A stretch of DNA of 63,737 nt, filler included, from Octopus bimaculoides (lineage: Eukaryota): the NCBI RefSeq assembly GCF_001194135.2. It is 5 parts of 4 records of this genome, joined end to end, with 100 filler letters (N's around TTAATTAATTAA, not from the genome) between each part and the next. Parts side by side here need not be neighbours in the genome. Positions count along the whole stretch, not along the records: positions 1 to 15,584 come from NC_068986.1; 4 more parts are not named here. One strand, 5' to 3'. Of this stretch, positions 1-12,516 are shown piece by piece. Positions within the stretch are counted from its first letter, which is position 1; each line of letters starts with the position of its first letter. The position numbers were made by a program, and so were the translations under genes. The notes under the pieces were generated by a model, which was given only the letters and a program-made list of their open reading frames with translations, ran no database searches and was not told where the DNA came from.

Positions 1-247
1 TATTTGTGTGTGTGTGTGCGTGTACGTGCGTGTGTGTGTATGTGTGTGGGGTGTGTGTGCGTGTATGTGTGTGTGTGTGTGTGTGAGTGAAATCACTCTC
101 AAAGTTGTGATTCTAAAAATTTACAGATACGAATTGTTCAGTATAACGTCGAATTGTTTTAGGTATGACTTCTCATAGAAACAACTATTGACTATATGTA
201 TGTATGTGTGTGTGTGTATGTATGTATGTATGTATGTATACACATAC

Positions 248-285
<38 letters not shown>

Positions 286-1104
286 ACATACCCATGTATG
301 AATAAGTGAGAGAAAGACAGAGACAAGGTAGACTATAGGTATCCGATAGGGAATATAAATGCTTGCCATTCTACGAATTATACTTCATTACAGGTGGATT
401 TTCCGCCGGTGTCCGCAATGGGTATTTAATTGTTTGACCAAATGTTTTTATTCTTGAAAATATTCTTATTCGTGACCGAGTATTCCCTATATTCTTATTC
501 GTGACCGAGTATTCCAAAGGCATTTAAACTGTTAACGTACTTCTCTCGACGAACTAGCATGACATAATGTTATGAGGTCTGATCATTTAATTACAGTTAC
601 AGCTATCGAAAGAAAGAAAAAGAAAGAAAAGAAGGAAGATCATAGTCTTGAACTTTTAGCTTAATCATAGGCCTCGAAAATGAGTGTAGAAAAGTTGATC
701 TCAGCGGCACTTGAACTCAGAGCGAGATTAAATATCGCATGACATTCTATACGACGTTCTAACGACTCTGTCTATTCACTGCCTTACCTTATTTTTATGC
801 AATAGCAATAAATAAATGATAAAAAGATATATACCAAATGAAAAGGAAGAATATTTCGACAGGAATGGAATGTAGTTGATTAAAATCTTGTGATACAAAA
901 CTTTTGATATCAAATCTGCGACAGACTTCGATGTGAATCGACATTTTGCTACACAACTGGTCAAAAGCAACAAAGTGCATCAGTATTTATGTCAGTGATA
1001 AAAGTGCGTCTCTGGTGACTCGAAATTTGATTTGAACACGACATAAAAGAGAGACCGGACAGTGAAACCTAATGGGTATTTTAGCTGCTTATTTCGTATT
1101 TATT

Positions 1105-1135
1105 TTCTCGGCCTTTTGGTTAAGATCAAAGTGTA
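1105..1135 (+). pseudogene. U2 snRNA 5' fragment (3'-truncated copy)
   Basis: TTCTCGGCCTTTTGGTTAAGATCAAAGTGTA vs the invertebrate-type U2 5' end TTCTCGGCCTTTTGGCTAAGATCAAAGTGTA (1 mismatch, recalled consensus). Homology stops inside the branch-point recognition sequence. Confidence 0.8.
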
Positions 1136-1214
1136 ACGTTTATTTTGAGTTATGTCGCAGTTTGTGAACACTGACGTCGTCTACAGATTTCCAACGGGTC
1201 AATCACTACTGATT

Positions 1215-1500
1215 CAATACATTAACGATAGCAAAAGTGACAATGGACATCCTGTGTAACTCGGGTGAAACGAATATTGCGAGGGTTTTCATTAACAACC
1301 ACCGTTTCGTCTATTTTCTTACCACTGTCGAGATCTTTCACTGATATATTCCTGATGGGATTCCGCATATTCTAACCAGGAAAACTGAGGAAATACCGGT
1401 CAGTTATGGAGGCCTTTCATCTCATACTGGGTTATCTGTATTCATATTAGTGATTTTTAAGGTCTTCTTTGATATGACAATATCTCCTGAATCGAAACTC
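1215..1500 (-). mobile_element. Highly degraded CR1/L2-like reverse transcriptase remnant
   Basis: Minus-strand translation gives remnants resembling YGIxG..W...VVVNG...VTSGVPQG (ETVVVNENPRNIRFTRVTQD), with many lesions. Confidence 0.35.
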
Positions 1501-2414
1501 TCAGCTAGTTCTTATCGTTTTCAATTTAATTTAAAATATTTTAAGTATCGTAAAGCAAGACATAAGAGTGAAATTATATTGCTACCATAATTTCTTCACC
1601 ATCGTGTGTCTCTCAAGCCCATGTCTCTGTTCATAAGTATACAAATCTCAGTGTTATCATTCCACCAAACGATATTTGTGACATATTTAATCGGCATAAT
1701 ATAATACTTAAGATGTATGAGAGGTGAGATCAAATAACATATACGGCTGTACCACCGGAGAATACTTTTACGTAATATCAGGCTGACTAGAGTAAAATGA
1801 GTGAAGGATTTCTGCTTCTTTCACTATAATAATGTCATATTTTGCCTCTCCTTCACAAAGTATTAAACAATTGTTCATTTTGAGGCGGATACTTTCTCGG
1901 ATATCTTTAATCGCTTTTGTTTAAAACAAGTTCCTTCACTCAGCAGTCAGAGGAAAATAAGTGAATACTGACGAAGGTTTTAATGAAATTCAAGACTAAT
2001 CCGTTGATCTTTCTCCCTAGCCATTCAATTTCCCCTAGTTTAATCACATGATCTATTTTCAAAGCGACGACAAATATATGTATTAAACATATCATGTCAA
2101 ATATATATAAAATTTGTATATATAATGAATATATACAAATTCAAGACATTTCCTCACTGGTTGCTACAATGGAGATGTGGCTATAGTGGGACACTACTTA
2201 GCGGTTTTATTTGATTTCAATCCGGTACTTACGTGGTAGAATGAGCGTAGACACATATATTATGAGTTTGAAGAACAGAACTCTCCTCAGAAGGACAATT
2301 GCTCTATTTCGGTACTCACCGATTGTATGTGGACAGAGCTGATGAATGTATTCTGTTGTGGCATGTTATGCTGTAAATAATGTCTCGGTAAAAATAGTTA
2401 ATCTGAACATAATA

Positions 2415-2612
2415 GGGGCAAACGTGGTTGTGTAGTCAGAAGCCTGCTTCCGAATCACATGGTTCCAGGCTCAGTCCCACTACGTGGCATCTTGAGTAAG
2501 TGCCTTCTGCTATAGCCTCGGGCCGATCAAAGCTTTGTGAATGGATTTGGTAGGCAGAAACTGAAAGAAGCCCGTCGTATGTGTGTGTGTTGTGTGTGTG
2601 TATTTGTGTGTC

Positions 2613-2650
<38 letters not shown>

Positions 2651-2733
2651 TGAGTGTTTATTTATTTTTGTGTTTGTTGTTCTCCCGACTGTTTGGCAAT
2701 CGGTGTTGGTGCGTTTACGTACCGACATTTAGT
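2415..2733 (+). mobile_element. SINE family B (tRNA-like head, internal microsatellite)
   Basis: Head ...CACATGGTTCCAGGCTCAGTCCCACTACGTGGC..., core TATAGCCTCGGGCCGATCAAAGC...GAAACTGAAAGAAGCCCGTCGTAT shared with the copies at 13034 and 28876. Confidence 0.85.
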
Positions 2734-3213
2734 AATATTTGTAATTTAATAATATTTGAACCAAATCCCTTGAATATTCCCGTCAGACACTTCCTGAATT
2801 ACTGGTGATGTGGATGTTCATTACATGTGAGTCTACTAAATTATCATCTCTAAGATGTTGGGGGAGATTCAAGAATAATCAGACTTCCGAGGTCGGCCAT
2901 CTCCACCCAGACATAGCATCTTACAAAGGTATCGACAGTGAGTCTTCCACATTTTGCTCTGATAGGAATTGTTATCATATAATTATGACACCCTAGCGTC
3001 CATTGCTATTCCGATATCTAGCTTACTGATCGTAACAAGTGGTTCTCGAAGCCCGAAACTTTCAGTGGGAATTTAGATATGGAAGATTTCAAATCTTCAC
3101 TAAATATAATTTATGAACTTACAGATAGCTTTGTAATTAATGTTGTGCATCAACTTGATTGCGCCGGAGATACAAATCCACTGATCTAGCCCCGTGGAAT
3201 TATTTGGCATAGC

Positions 3214-3340
3214 AAATTGAGTCAGACAAGGCTGCATCCTAGATTTCTCACTCTTTGACATATTTTCAGTAGTGCTTCCGATGCTTTCGATTGTACCAAC
3301 TCAGATATCCATGAGATTCACCGTACTAATGGTCAGCTAT
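3214..3340 (+). mobile_element. RTE-clade LINE reverse transcriptase fragment
   Basis: Translates to VRQGCIL...LF.IF...AF...RTNGQL, matching the RTE GVRQGCxLAPTLF...RTDG.LF motif. Confidence 0.55.
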
Positions 3341-5213
3341 ACACAGTTCCTTCCTTCAAGCCGTCACAGAAATGAAAAAGGCTGCTCTGTTGAATTTATT
3401 CTTCACTTACGGCTGCTCTCACAGCGATAGTATTTAACAGAAGAAGCAATACATGGGCCAATACTCAAGAGCCTATGACAGCTTTTGTCTCACATGTACG
3501 AAAGAACTGAAGCGTAAAAAAGACGAAGACTGAACCAAATAAACACACACACATATGAATGTACGTGTGTGTGTGTATGAATTTCTGTTAGCCAACTTGT
3601 CTGTATATATAAGCGTGTAATACAGTTTTTGCCTGGTTTGTGAACATGAATACTGAAAAGTAATGCTGAGAGATAATTTAATCTATAGTATCAAGTTTAT
3701 ATTTCTAAATTCATCTTAACCGTTATAGTTTATTTCCTTATGTATGAAATTACTTTAGGTCAATAAATTATGACTTAATAGTCATATGTTCGCAACTAAA
3801 CTAGTTTCATATGGTACCGTTTATTTAGATTCTCAAATTTGTTCACTAGCCCAATAATGTTCACAATGACTGTAGGATAGTGCTAACCTCAATATGTAGG
3901 ATTCTATGTGTATATGTAATTTGTCTGTCAAACACAAACGTTTGTTCCACATACAGATGCATAATGCAACTAAAGAACAGATAAAGGCGACGAACGAAAA
4001 TGGGTAAGGTTAAAAAGTGTGTCCCTCCAATAACTGAATCCTTGTGTAACTTGATACCAGTTATCTTAAAATGGAGAATTGGTGAGCCACTAAAGGAGTC
4101 TTTATCTATCGTTATAAAATATTTCTTAAGCAATGATAATTGAAAAGCGGCTTCCTGCGATTGTCAACATTCAGAGACGATTTCAGCTAAAATCACAATT
4201 TTTGTCATTCAAATTCCTCCCAATATATTCCCTTGTACAACTATTCCTTTTTAAAGTTAATAAATGTCAACTCTACTAACATATATTGAGCATTCCTTCA
4301 CTTAAACTGATTTTATATATAACTTGAAATGAAAACAAACATTAATATGTATGTCTGTATGCATGTATGTAGTACGTACGTATATATGTATGTGTGTATG
4401 TATCTATCAGAGGACAGAACAGCATTAGAAACAAATAGGTTAAATGATATGTTGTAGTTTATTCCCAGTTCATCCCAGAAGAAAAGCGTTACAATTCTGA
4501 CCATCTGATTTTGGTGCCTATCTTGTCATTCATAGTTTAAATTGGTCAGAGTATTCCATTTGGTTGAAGAGAAACAGGATGTAATTTGAGAAAGATTTAG
4601 CTACTCTTTTTAACAGCGGAATGACGTCCTAGAATCTCTATTATTGCCTCGACTATAGCTCAGTAATTTAGACTGCCTTTAGGTTTCAGAACGAGGCTTT
4701 CACTATTCATTTGCAAATATTCTGAATGATATTATGTCAACTAAATTACGTTATGAAACCTTTCCAGGTTTAATTTATAATTGTAAAACTATAGTCATCG
4801 AATATTTTTTTTACTATAGTAGATAATATCACAAATTTGCTTATTCGAGTACGTTTATTTTGCGCACGTGTACTGTGTTAGTTTTCTTAGTAATGGGGCA
4901 CGTTTCACCTGAATATATATTTTCCTTTGTTGAACAATATAACATACATATTCCATATTCCCGGAAGAACCGGACAGACGCAGTCGAAATAAAGACATGC
5001 CCATACATATGCACATGTATATGTATGTACGTATGTGTGTATATGTATGTATGTATTTGTGTATGTATGTATGTGTGTATGTATGTATGTATGTATGTAT
5101 GTATGTATGTATGTGCGTATGTATGTATGCCACATTATTAGACTATTTTCTTTAGCCATTGCACAGTGATCGCTAATAAGCTGTAAGCTTATAAAATACT
5201 ATTATCATTATTA

Positions 5214-6468
5214 TTAGGTTGTTCCGAAAATAATGGCCGCTCTAAATGTTGTGCTTTGAAACGCAAATTTATCATAGTATTTTAATTATATTTTAGGTGA
5301 ACTTCGACATATTTAATAATTTTCTACTTATTTCAGGCAGAAAACATTCTTGCAGCATAGACGCCCTTAATTATGAACATAACAAAAAAAGACCTTCGCT
5401 TACTTTTTTTGTATGAGTTAAAGCTTGGGCACAATGCCTCCCAAACTGCTGCCAATATCAACCGAGCAGGAGGAGAGGGATCCACAAGTGATCGCACAGT
5501 ACGAAGATGGTTTCATAAATTACGTAGTGGTGATGAGAGCCTTGGATATGAAGAAGGTTGAGGACTCTCATGCAATCTTGACAATGAACAATTCAAAGTA
5601 ATTGTTCAACAAAACCCTCGTAAAAGTGTCAGAGAAATGTCTCAGGTACCTAGTGTCGGTATTGCAACGGTCTCACACAATCTGCAGAAGATTGGTAAGG
5701 TGAAAAAGCTTGATAAATGGGTACCGCATGAACTCAATGAAAATCAAATAATTCAGCGCTTTGAAGTGTACTCGATGCTCTTTCTGTGAAACGCCAATGA
5801 TCCTTTTCTTGACCGAATAGTCACTTGTGACAAAAAGTGGATCCTTTATGATAGCCGTAAACGATCAGGTAAATGGCTTGATCGTGATGAGTCCCCCAAA
5901 CATTTCCCAAAGCCAAAGTTGCAGCAGCAAAAGCTTATGATGAGTGTCTGATGGTTTGCAATTGGTGTTATCTATTACAGCTTTCTGGAAGCCAATCAGA
6001 GCATTTCAGCAGAGGTTTAATGCAATCAACTCGCTGAAATTCATGCTCACTTGCAAAAGATGAGACCTGCATTGGTGAATCGGTGTGACCCAATTCTGCT
6101 CCACGATAATGCAAAGCCACATGTTGCAAGAATGACACTGCAGAAACTCACAGACTTGGGATACGAAACTTTACCACATCTTCCATATTCCCCTGATCTT
6201 TCACCCACTGACTACCAATTTTTAAGCATTTAAACACGATTTTAAGTGATAAAACTTTCAGGTCCAAACCAGAGGTGGAATCAGCTTTCTTACCATCAAA
6301 AGCCAATAAGTTTTTATCAACGAGGCATAAATAATTTCGTTGATCGATGGCAGAGATGCATAGTTGTTCAGGGCTCATACTTTGACTAACCGAAACATTT
6401 CTATTGTCACCGTTTTCCAGGATAAAATTATGTTTCTGAAATCGGCCATTATTTTCGAAACAACCTAA
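5214..6468 (+). mobile_element. Full-length mariner transposon (D,D34D; cecropia/Hsmar1-like), 1255 bp
   Basis: 26-bp TIRs with 1 mismatch (5214-5239, 6443-6468), TA target duplication at 5212-5213 and 6469-6470, internal transposase. Confidence 0.97.
5373..6389 (+). pseudogene. Mariner transposase, inactivated
   Basis: [43 protein letters not shown] and a C-terminal RWQRCIVVQGSYFD*. In-frame stops at 5559, 5787, ~5949 and ~6018, plus frameshifts after ~6225. Confidence 0.95.
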
Positions 6469-6580
6469 TATTTACGAAATTTGTGTGAGTGTGTGCACGT
6501 GTGAGTGTGTGCACGTGTGAGTGTGTGCACGTGTGCGTGTGAGTGCGGGTGTGCTTATGTGTGTTTATTTGCTTGTTTGT

Positions 6581-6654
<74 letters not shown>

Positions 6655-7363
6655 CATAATAAGAGATGGACTGAATGAATATGCTTTATGACATATCACT
6701 GCAATTGTTTCGATACACCCCTATCAGCTGCTTATAGCTGTGTAACATATATTATAAATATTACACTGTGTTAATTAATATCATTCAGCAACACTGGGAG
6801 AATCATTTCGTCAGGTAAATATAGTAAAATGCTCTGAATGAGAAACAAAGGATCTAATAGTGTATGTATTTTCTGAATGTTCGTTTTGGAATAAGTTCTT
6901 TCCTTTTATGCTGCTACTTGTAATAAGCTAGTGGATTCCTAGACAACGCTTATATTTTTAACGCTGTCGGTACTGCCAGATTGAATGGTACTGCCCAAGG
7001 CTGTCGAAACCCTAATGACAACCGTTTGGCAGCTGATGATAGGAATACACTTGATAATGAATTTCTTATATCTTAATCTCCTTATTCTGTTTTGTCGTTC
7101 ATTCTGGTAAAAATGGAAAGCTTTGTAGGTTCATAATTTCAGGGGATCACTTGCATTGGTATTGTTTGTTTAATTTCATTGGTAAACTACTTAGGCTTAG
7201 AGAACGCTTAGATATTGGTGTCTAATTTGGAGAGATTCTGTAGCATATGTGTGTATGTCTGTGTGTGTGCGTGTGTGCGTGCACACACACAGACACAGAC
7301 ACACACACACATACAAATTCAAATGCGAGCGCGCATATATTACTAACTATGCCATCGGATGAG

Positions 7364-7471
7364 TAACAATGCGTATGGTAGCTGACGACGGTCTTGTGAA
7401 GCCAGAGATTACTTCTAGCGCATTTGTCCACATTTATACACCAAAGAACCGTCACCAACGTTATGTGGGTG
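7364..7471 (+). CDS. Candidate isolated exon, weakly cadherin-repeat-like (TMRMVADDGLVKPEITSSAFVHIYTPKNRHQRYVG)
   Basis: 108-nt open frame ending at a perfect G|GTAAGT donor, with TACTAAC upstream. The acceptor is poor and no partner exon was found. Confidence 0.25.
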
Positions 7472-7808
7472 GTAAGTCTAGCCTAGATGTCTACAGTAAT
7501 ATTCTTTGCCTGTCATACACATTATGAATTCATAACCACAGGACATTGGTAAAATATATTTTTTTAAATCTTCACTAATGAACAAAGTACGCAAAGAATT
7601 TATTTTCAACGGTGTATGTTTGTGCAGAATCTACGACATTCTGACATCCGAATCTGTCGCCTAAACTGGTGTACACGTGCCAAACACAGACGGTCACATG
7701 CTTGGGAAGGCAGGAATGTAAAACCAAATCATCCAGCAGCTACGGTGCTTTGCAGAATCCGGATTATAGCTTCATCAGCTTCATTAGTTACAAGTATCCA
7801 ATGTATGC

Positions 7809-7846
<38 letters not shown>

Positions 7847-7955
7847 ATGTATATATGTATATATGTATATATATATATATATATATATGTATAAGTATAT
7901 ATGTATAAGTATATGCAAATTCATTCATACATACATACATACACGTACGTACATA

Positions 7956-8439
7956 CTGTGTACAGTTTTTGAAGTTAGCATCCCAACGGATATTAACATA
8001 AAGCTGAAGATCAGTGAAAAAGAGAATACCTACGCTGAACTATTGAGAAATCTGTAGTTACTCTATCTAGATTACAAGTTCAGGTTTTCATACCTGTAAT
8101 TATTGGGGCACTGGGATATGTAACACTCGGCCTAAATAGCAATCTTGATAAATTAGGCTTCTCAAAACCAGAAAGGAGAAAGTTGATTCGAAGACTACAG
8201 ATGCTATCCATTACTGGAACTGTAATAATACGTAAAACTTTCCAGACGTTTATCATCTAAGTTATGCAACTATATCCATGAGAATACATACATAAAACAA
8301 AACATGCGAATCTGCACGTATACATACATACAAAAATTCCCTGTTGATGTTGAAATTTCAATGAAGGATCCTTAAATCTTGCTTAGAAACCGGCTCTTTC
8401 TATATTAGCAAAAAATCTTGGAATAAAGCTGAATAATGA
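7956..8439 (+). mobile_element. 5'-truncated R4/Dong-like RLE LINE, 3' end (copy 1)
   Basis: CTVFEVSIPTDINIKLKISEKENTYAELLRNL and the 3' UTR align with the copy at 57688-58702; ends GAATAATGA followed by (CATA)n. Confidence 0.9.
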
Positions 8440-8490
8440 CATACATACATACATACATACATACATANNNNNNNNNNNNNNNNNNNNNNN

Positions 8491-8522
<32 letters not shown>

Positions 8523-9929
8523 AAACGCATACATACATACACACATTTATATCACAGTGCTTTACGTTTATGTCTGTGGTTAAGTTTACGGTAACATCTT
8601 GGAAATTTAGGACGTTAAGCTTAGCAGAAGACTATAGAAAGAGGTAAAAACGGCATCTGATTACGTCTCGAATTTGAATGATCCTACTACTGATCTTAAT
8701 GGTCGGAATTCAGTGAAAAGAAACTCTTGGGAGAGCTGAACAGCAGGTCTTCGAAGAGGAAGCTTCCCTTCAAACCAGTGTATCGGCCCTTAACTTCTTA
8801 TATACCAAGCGGGCCGGGCTGGATCTAGATCATGGTTTTTGGGTGCACTTCTGCTGACAGTTTTCATCCACTTGAATATCGGAGACTTTGTGCATTGAAA
8901 CCGCATGGAGATTTTGTTGATAAGATCATCTCCTCTGCCTCTGGTTTCAAACTTAAATTTAGAAATAACTTTGGTAGATATGACAGCGGTGAAACGTCAA
9001 CAGTGTCAACACTGTCACGAAAACGACTGACTCAGAGTTGTTTCTGCGGGAAAGTACAGATGATTATCTCGTCATTAATTACCTTCTCTCAGCTAGCTAT
9101 ACCGTTTAAAATACTTATATTTATGTACATATTCTCAAACTACTCATATATATATATACACTTACATACATATTCTTTAATTTGGGACATATATATTCCT
9201 AATTTAACTAACTTACATGACATCATTTTCTATGTACCGAATACCGAAATTTCGCTTTGTGTTATGGTTATATGAAACAAGTTATGCCAATAATATAATT
9301 TTAAGCGAACTACAACATTTCACTTTTTTGAAACGATTTTTCCTTCCATCTGAGAGATCCAATTTATTGCAACTATTTTTTATCTTTAATGGAATTTAAC
9401 TTGCTAGTTAAACTTCATTCTATACTTTTATTGTTTTCTGTTGTTCTTCATGTAAGATCTGTTATATAATACACACACACATACATGCACACACACACAT
9501 TTACGTAAATAGTTAGATACATGCATACATACTCATACGTCAGTTTCTATTTTATGTATTGATATATGTATACATGTGTATATACGTATAAATGCGTATG
9601 TTGGCGTGTGGGCGTATGTATAATATATATGCACATACCCACACATACAAATATATTCACTCAAAGTACATACACACATGTATACATACATGAACGGTAT
9701 ATATACCCATTTGTCTTAGCGCCTGTCAGCACTGAGAGATAATGATCGACAGAATGAAAATCTGGATAATACATCTTTTTTCTTTTCTTACTTTATTTGA
9801 TAATCCCCTTGCTGTTTTTGTTGTCGTCATCGTCGCTGTTGTTATGGTCTTGTTCGTGTTCTTGTTGTTGATGGGGATGTGAGAATCATAGAAGCAGCAA
9901 CGAAAGCGGAGGAGAAAGACGAAGAAAAA

Positions 9930-10090
9930 GATGTTGATGATGACAACGTTGATGATGATGACGATGACGATGCCGATGATGGCGGCAGTAGCGTAGTGTT
10001 GGAGGCGCTAGATGTACTAACGGCGTTGTTGTTGTTGTTGCTACGGATGGTTATGGTGTTGCTGTTGTGGTAACGATGCTGATGATGAGA
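9930..10090. repeat. Compound (GAT)n/(GTT)n trinucleotide tract
   Basis: Direct inspection. Confidence 0.9.
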
Positions 10091-11580
10091 ATGACGGTTA
10101 TTATTGTCTCTGTCGATGCTACTTTTGAATGTTGAATGAAGCTGTCACGTGTATCTCTAAAGTTACATCCGTGTGAAGTTATTGCTGTTTATACTCGAGT
10201 CCCAATTCTCGCTTTATATGCATGTAGGTACTCAGGCAGATAGAAAGACACATACACACAAACACACACGCGCGAACACGTGCACAAACATAGATAGATT
10301 TCTACGTGTATATACATACGAATATATATATATATATATATATATATANNNNNNNNNNNNNNNNNNNNNNNNNNNNNNNNNNNNNNNNNNNNNNNNNNNN
10401 NNNNNNNNNNNNNNNNNNNNNNNNNNNNNNNNNNNNNNNNNNNNNNNNNNNNNNNNNNNNNNNNNNNNNNNNNNNNNNNNNNNNNNNNNNNNNNNNNNNN
10501 NNNNNNNNNNNNNNNNNNNNNNNNNNNNNNNNNNNNNNNNNNNNNNNNNNNNNNNNNNNNNNNNNNNNNNNNNNNNNNNNNNNNNNNNNNNNNNNNNNNN
10601 NNNNNNNNNNNNNNNNNNNNNNNNNNNNNNNNNNNNNNNNNNNNNNNNNNNNNNNNNNNNNNNNNNNNNNNNNNNNNNNNNNNNNNNNNNNNNNNNNNNN
10701 NNNNNNNNNNNNNNNNNNNNNNNNNNNNNNNNNNNNNNNNNNNNNNNNNNNNNNNNNNNNNNNNNNNNNNNNNNNNNNNNNNNNNNNNNNNNNNNNNNNN
10801 NNNNNNNNNNNNNNNNNNNNNNNNNNNNNNNNNNNNNNNNNNNNNNNNNGATAATGTGCTTTCAGGTTGTGCCGATGCATGATGTTCACTCGTTCATGCA
10901 TGCACAATTTGCTAGCATCGTCGAATTTACAACTAGAATATCATACCGATGAAAGACATTGAGTATTATCGCTCATAATCCAGAAACGCGTCTATGATTA
11001 ACTTCGAATGGTTAGTTTTCATTGTTTTTTCTTCTTGTTTTTGCCTTTGTGAGTTACAAGTAATGCTATCTGTTGGAGTCTCAGCTTTTTGTAGCTGCTA
11101 TTTCTGAACTTCGGTATGCGGTGAAGCAAATGTCTGCTGATCCCTTAATTATGTATATATTTGTAATAAATAGATCCGTGTAATAAGGTTCAACAAAAAG
11201 CACTCGATCTGGTGAGAGTAGAAATATTGTTTTATACGATCACCTCATATGCATAAACCACGCCACTAATAGTTTCACGTACATGGAAACCAAACTACGT
11301 TCTTCAGGCGTAGACTATTCTACCGAACTAAGCAGTTTAAATAATGGATTGAAAATAAACCGGCGCGAAAAACCCGAACAATCAAATTTCTTGTTTAATG
11401 TCTTACCATTTCGAGATGAAGATACAAAGAATTCCTAATTGGCAAGCATATTATATGTGGTAACAAATTAAGTAATTTGTTTGTTTACACATAATGTAAT
11501 CTAAAAATAGATTGATAAAATACTACCGAAACACCTGTTGGGAGTTTTGTACCCCACTTATGTTCGTCTTGCATCTCTAT

Positions 11581-11617
<37 letters not shown>

Positions 11618-12284
11618 TACATTACGTGCAATAAATTTATTTGTTGAATGTTGCAGAAAGCCAGTATTTTCCGATTTTTTTTCTGTTTATAAAACAGGCT
11701 GAATCGAGAATTTGTATGAAAAACGATAATAATGAAAAGGAATGGAGGAAAAAATCATGATATTAATGGTTTTAATTTCAGATGTCTCAAATATTTTCCT
11801 TTCTTGAAGAAACTAAATCAAGCACTATAAACAATATTATAACCTTTATGAGTTATAATATTGAGTTATAATATTGAGAGAATAAATTACTGTGTTATGT
11901 TAGAAATAATGTTGGTGGTGGTGATGTTTCGTCCAAAGAATTTCGGAAACACATTCAGATGCATTCAAGTCGCAGTTATTGTAATGTCAAAGAATTTTGC
12001 TGTTATTTGTAGCAGCTCAAAAAAACATGGAAGGATACCACAGAAGCATAAACTCCATATAATTCTAATAACGACGACCCTGATTCAATGCTTCATTGAT
12101 ACAATTCTCCCATGTAATTTATGCACTTGAGAAAATCACGAATGTATTCTCTCTCTCATTTCTCTCCTTAAAACAGTGTATATTGACGTAAGAACATATA
12201 GGTTTGTTCTTATTAATCCATTCCAATTTTCTATACTAATTTAATGCTAAGGTGACTGAAATCTAGAAGTCTATTTAGTTTATT

Positions 12285-12516
12285 ATTATTCTCCTTTTAG
12301 CCTATAGTTTTACTTTCTCATGCATTTGACCGTTGACTGAACACTATTCAATTTTTTTTCTCCGTGTTTTTCTCCTTGTCTCCGTATTCTTTCTGTTGAA
12401 GAGCGTAGCTCGAAACGTCAAAGACTTTCCGTATTCCTGAGCGTCATACTAATACATCCTTTTGTTATTTACACCACCTGTCCTCGTCTGTTGTTGTTTT
12501 TTCGTACATTCTCCCA
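12285..12516 (+). mobile_element. Penelope-like element terminal (pseudo-LTR) fragment
   Basis: Contains GAAGAGCGTAGCTCGAAACGTCAAAGAC hammerhead-like core. Its CACCACCTGTCCTCGTCTGTTGTT segment recurs inverted at ~13595-13622. Confidence 0.6.
12388..12424 (+). ncRNA. Minimal type-I hammerhead ribozyme-like motif (one core substitution)
   Basis: Stem I TCTTT/AAAGA, core CTG(T)TGA, stem II GAGC-GTA-GCTC, GAAA, palindromic ACGT stem III, GTC cleavage triplet. Confidence 0.55.

Noticed and set aside
3861-4133. Possible RT-like remnant or ORF
   Set aside because: Only a vague YQVTQG similarity in another frame; not enough to call
4855-5159. YIHT/CVCV/IYIY-type ORFs here and throughout the window
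   Set aside because: Translations of (TATG)n, (CA)n and (TA)n microsatellites
6483-6540. Three 16-bp units containing the E-box CACGTG
   Set aside because: Simple variant of the adjoining (GT)n microsatellite
8832-9275. 147-aa ORF
   Set aside because: GTT/ATG-independent start called by the track, drifts into AT-rich low-complexity sequence, no domain signal
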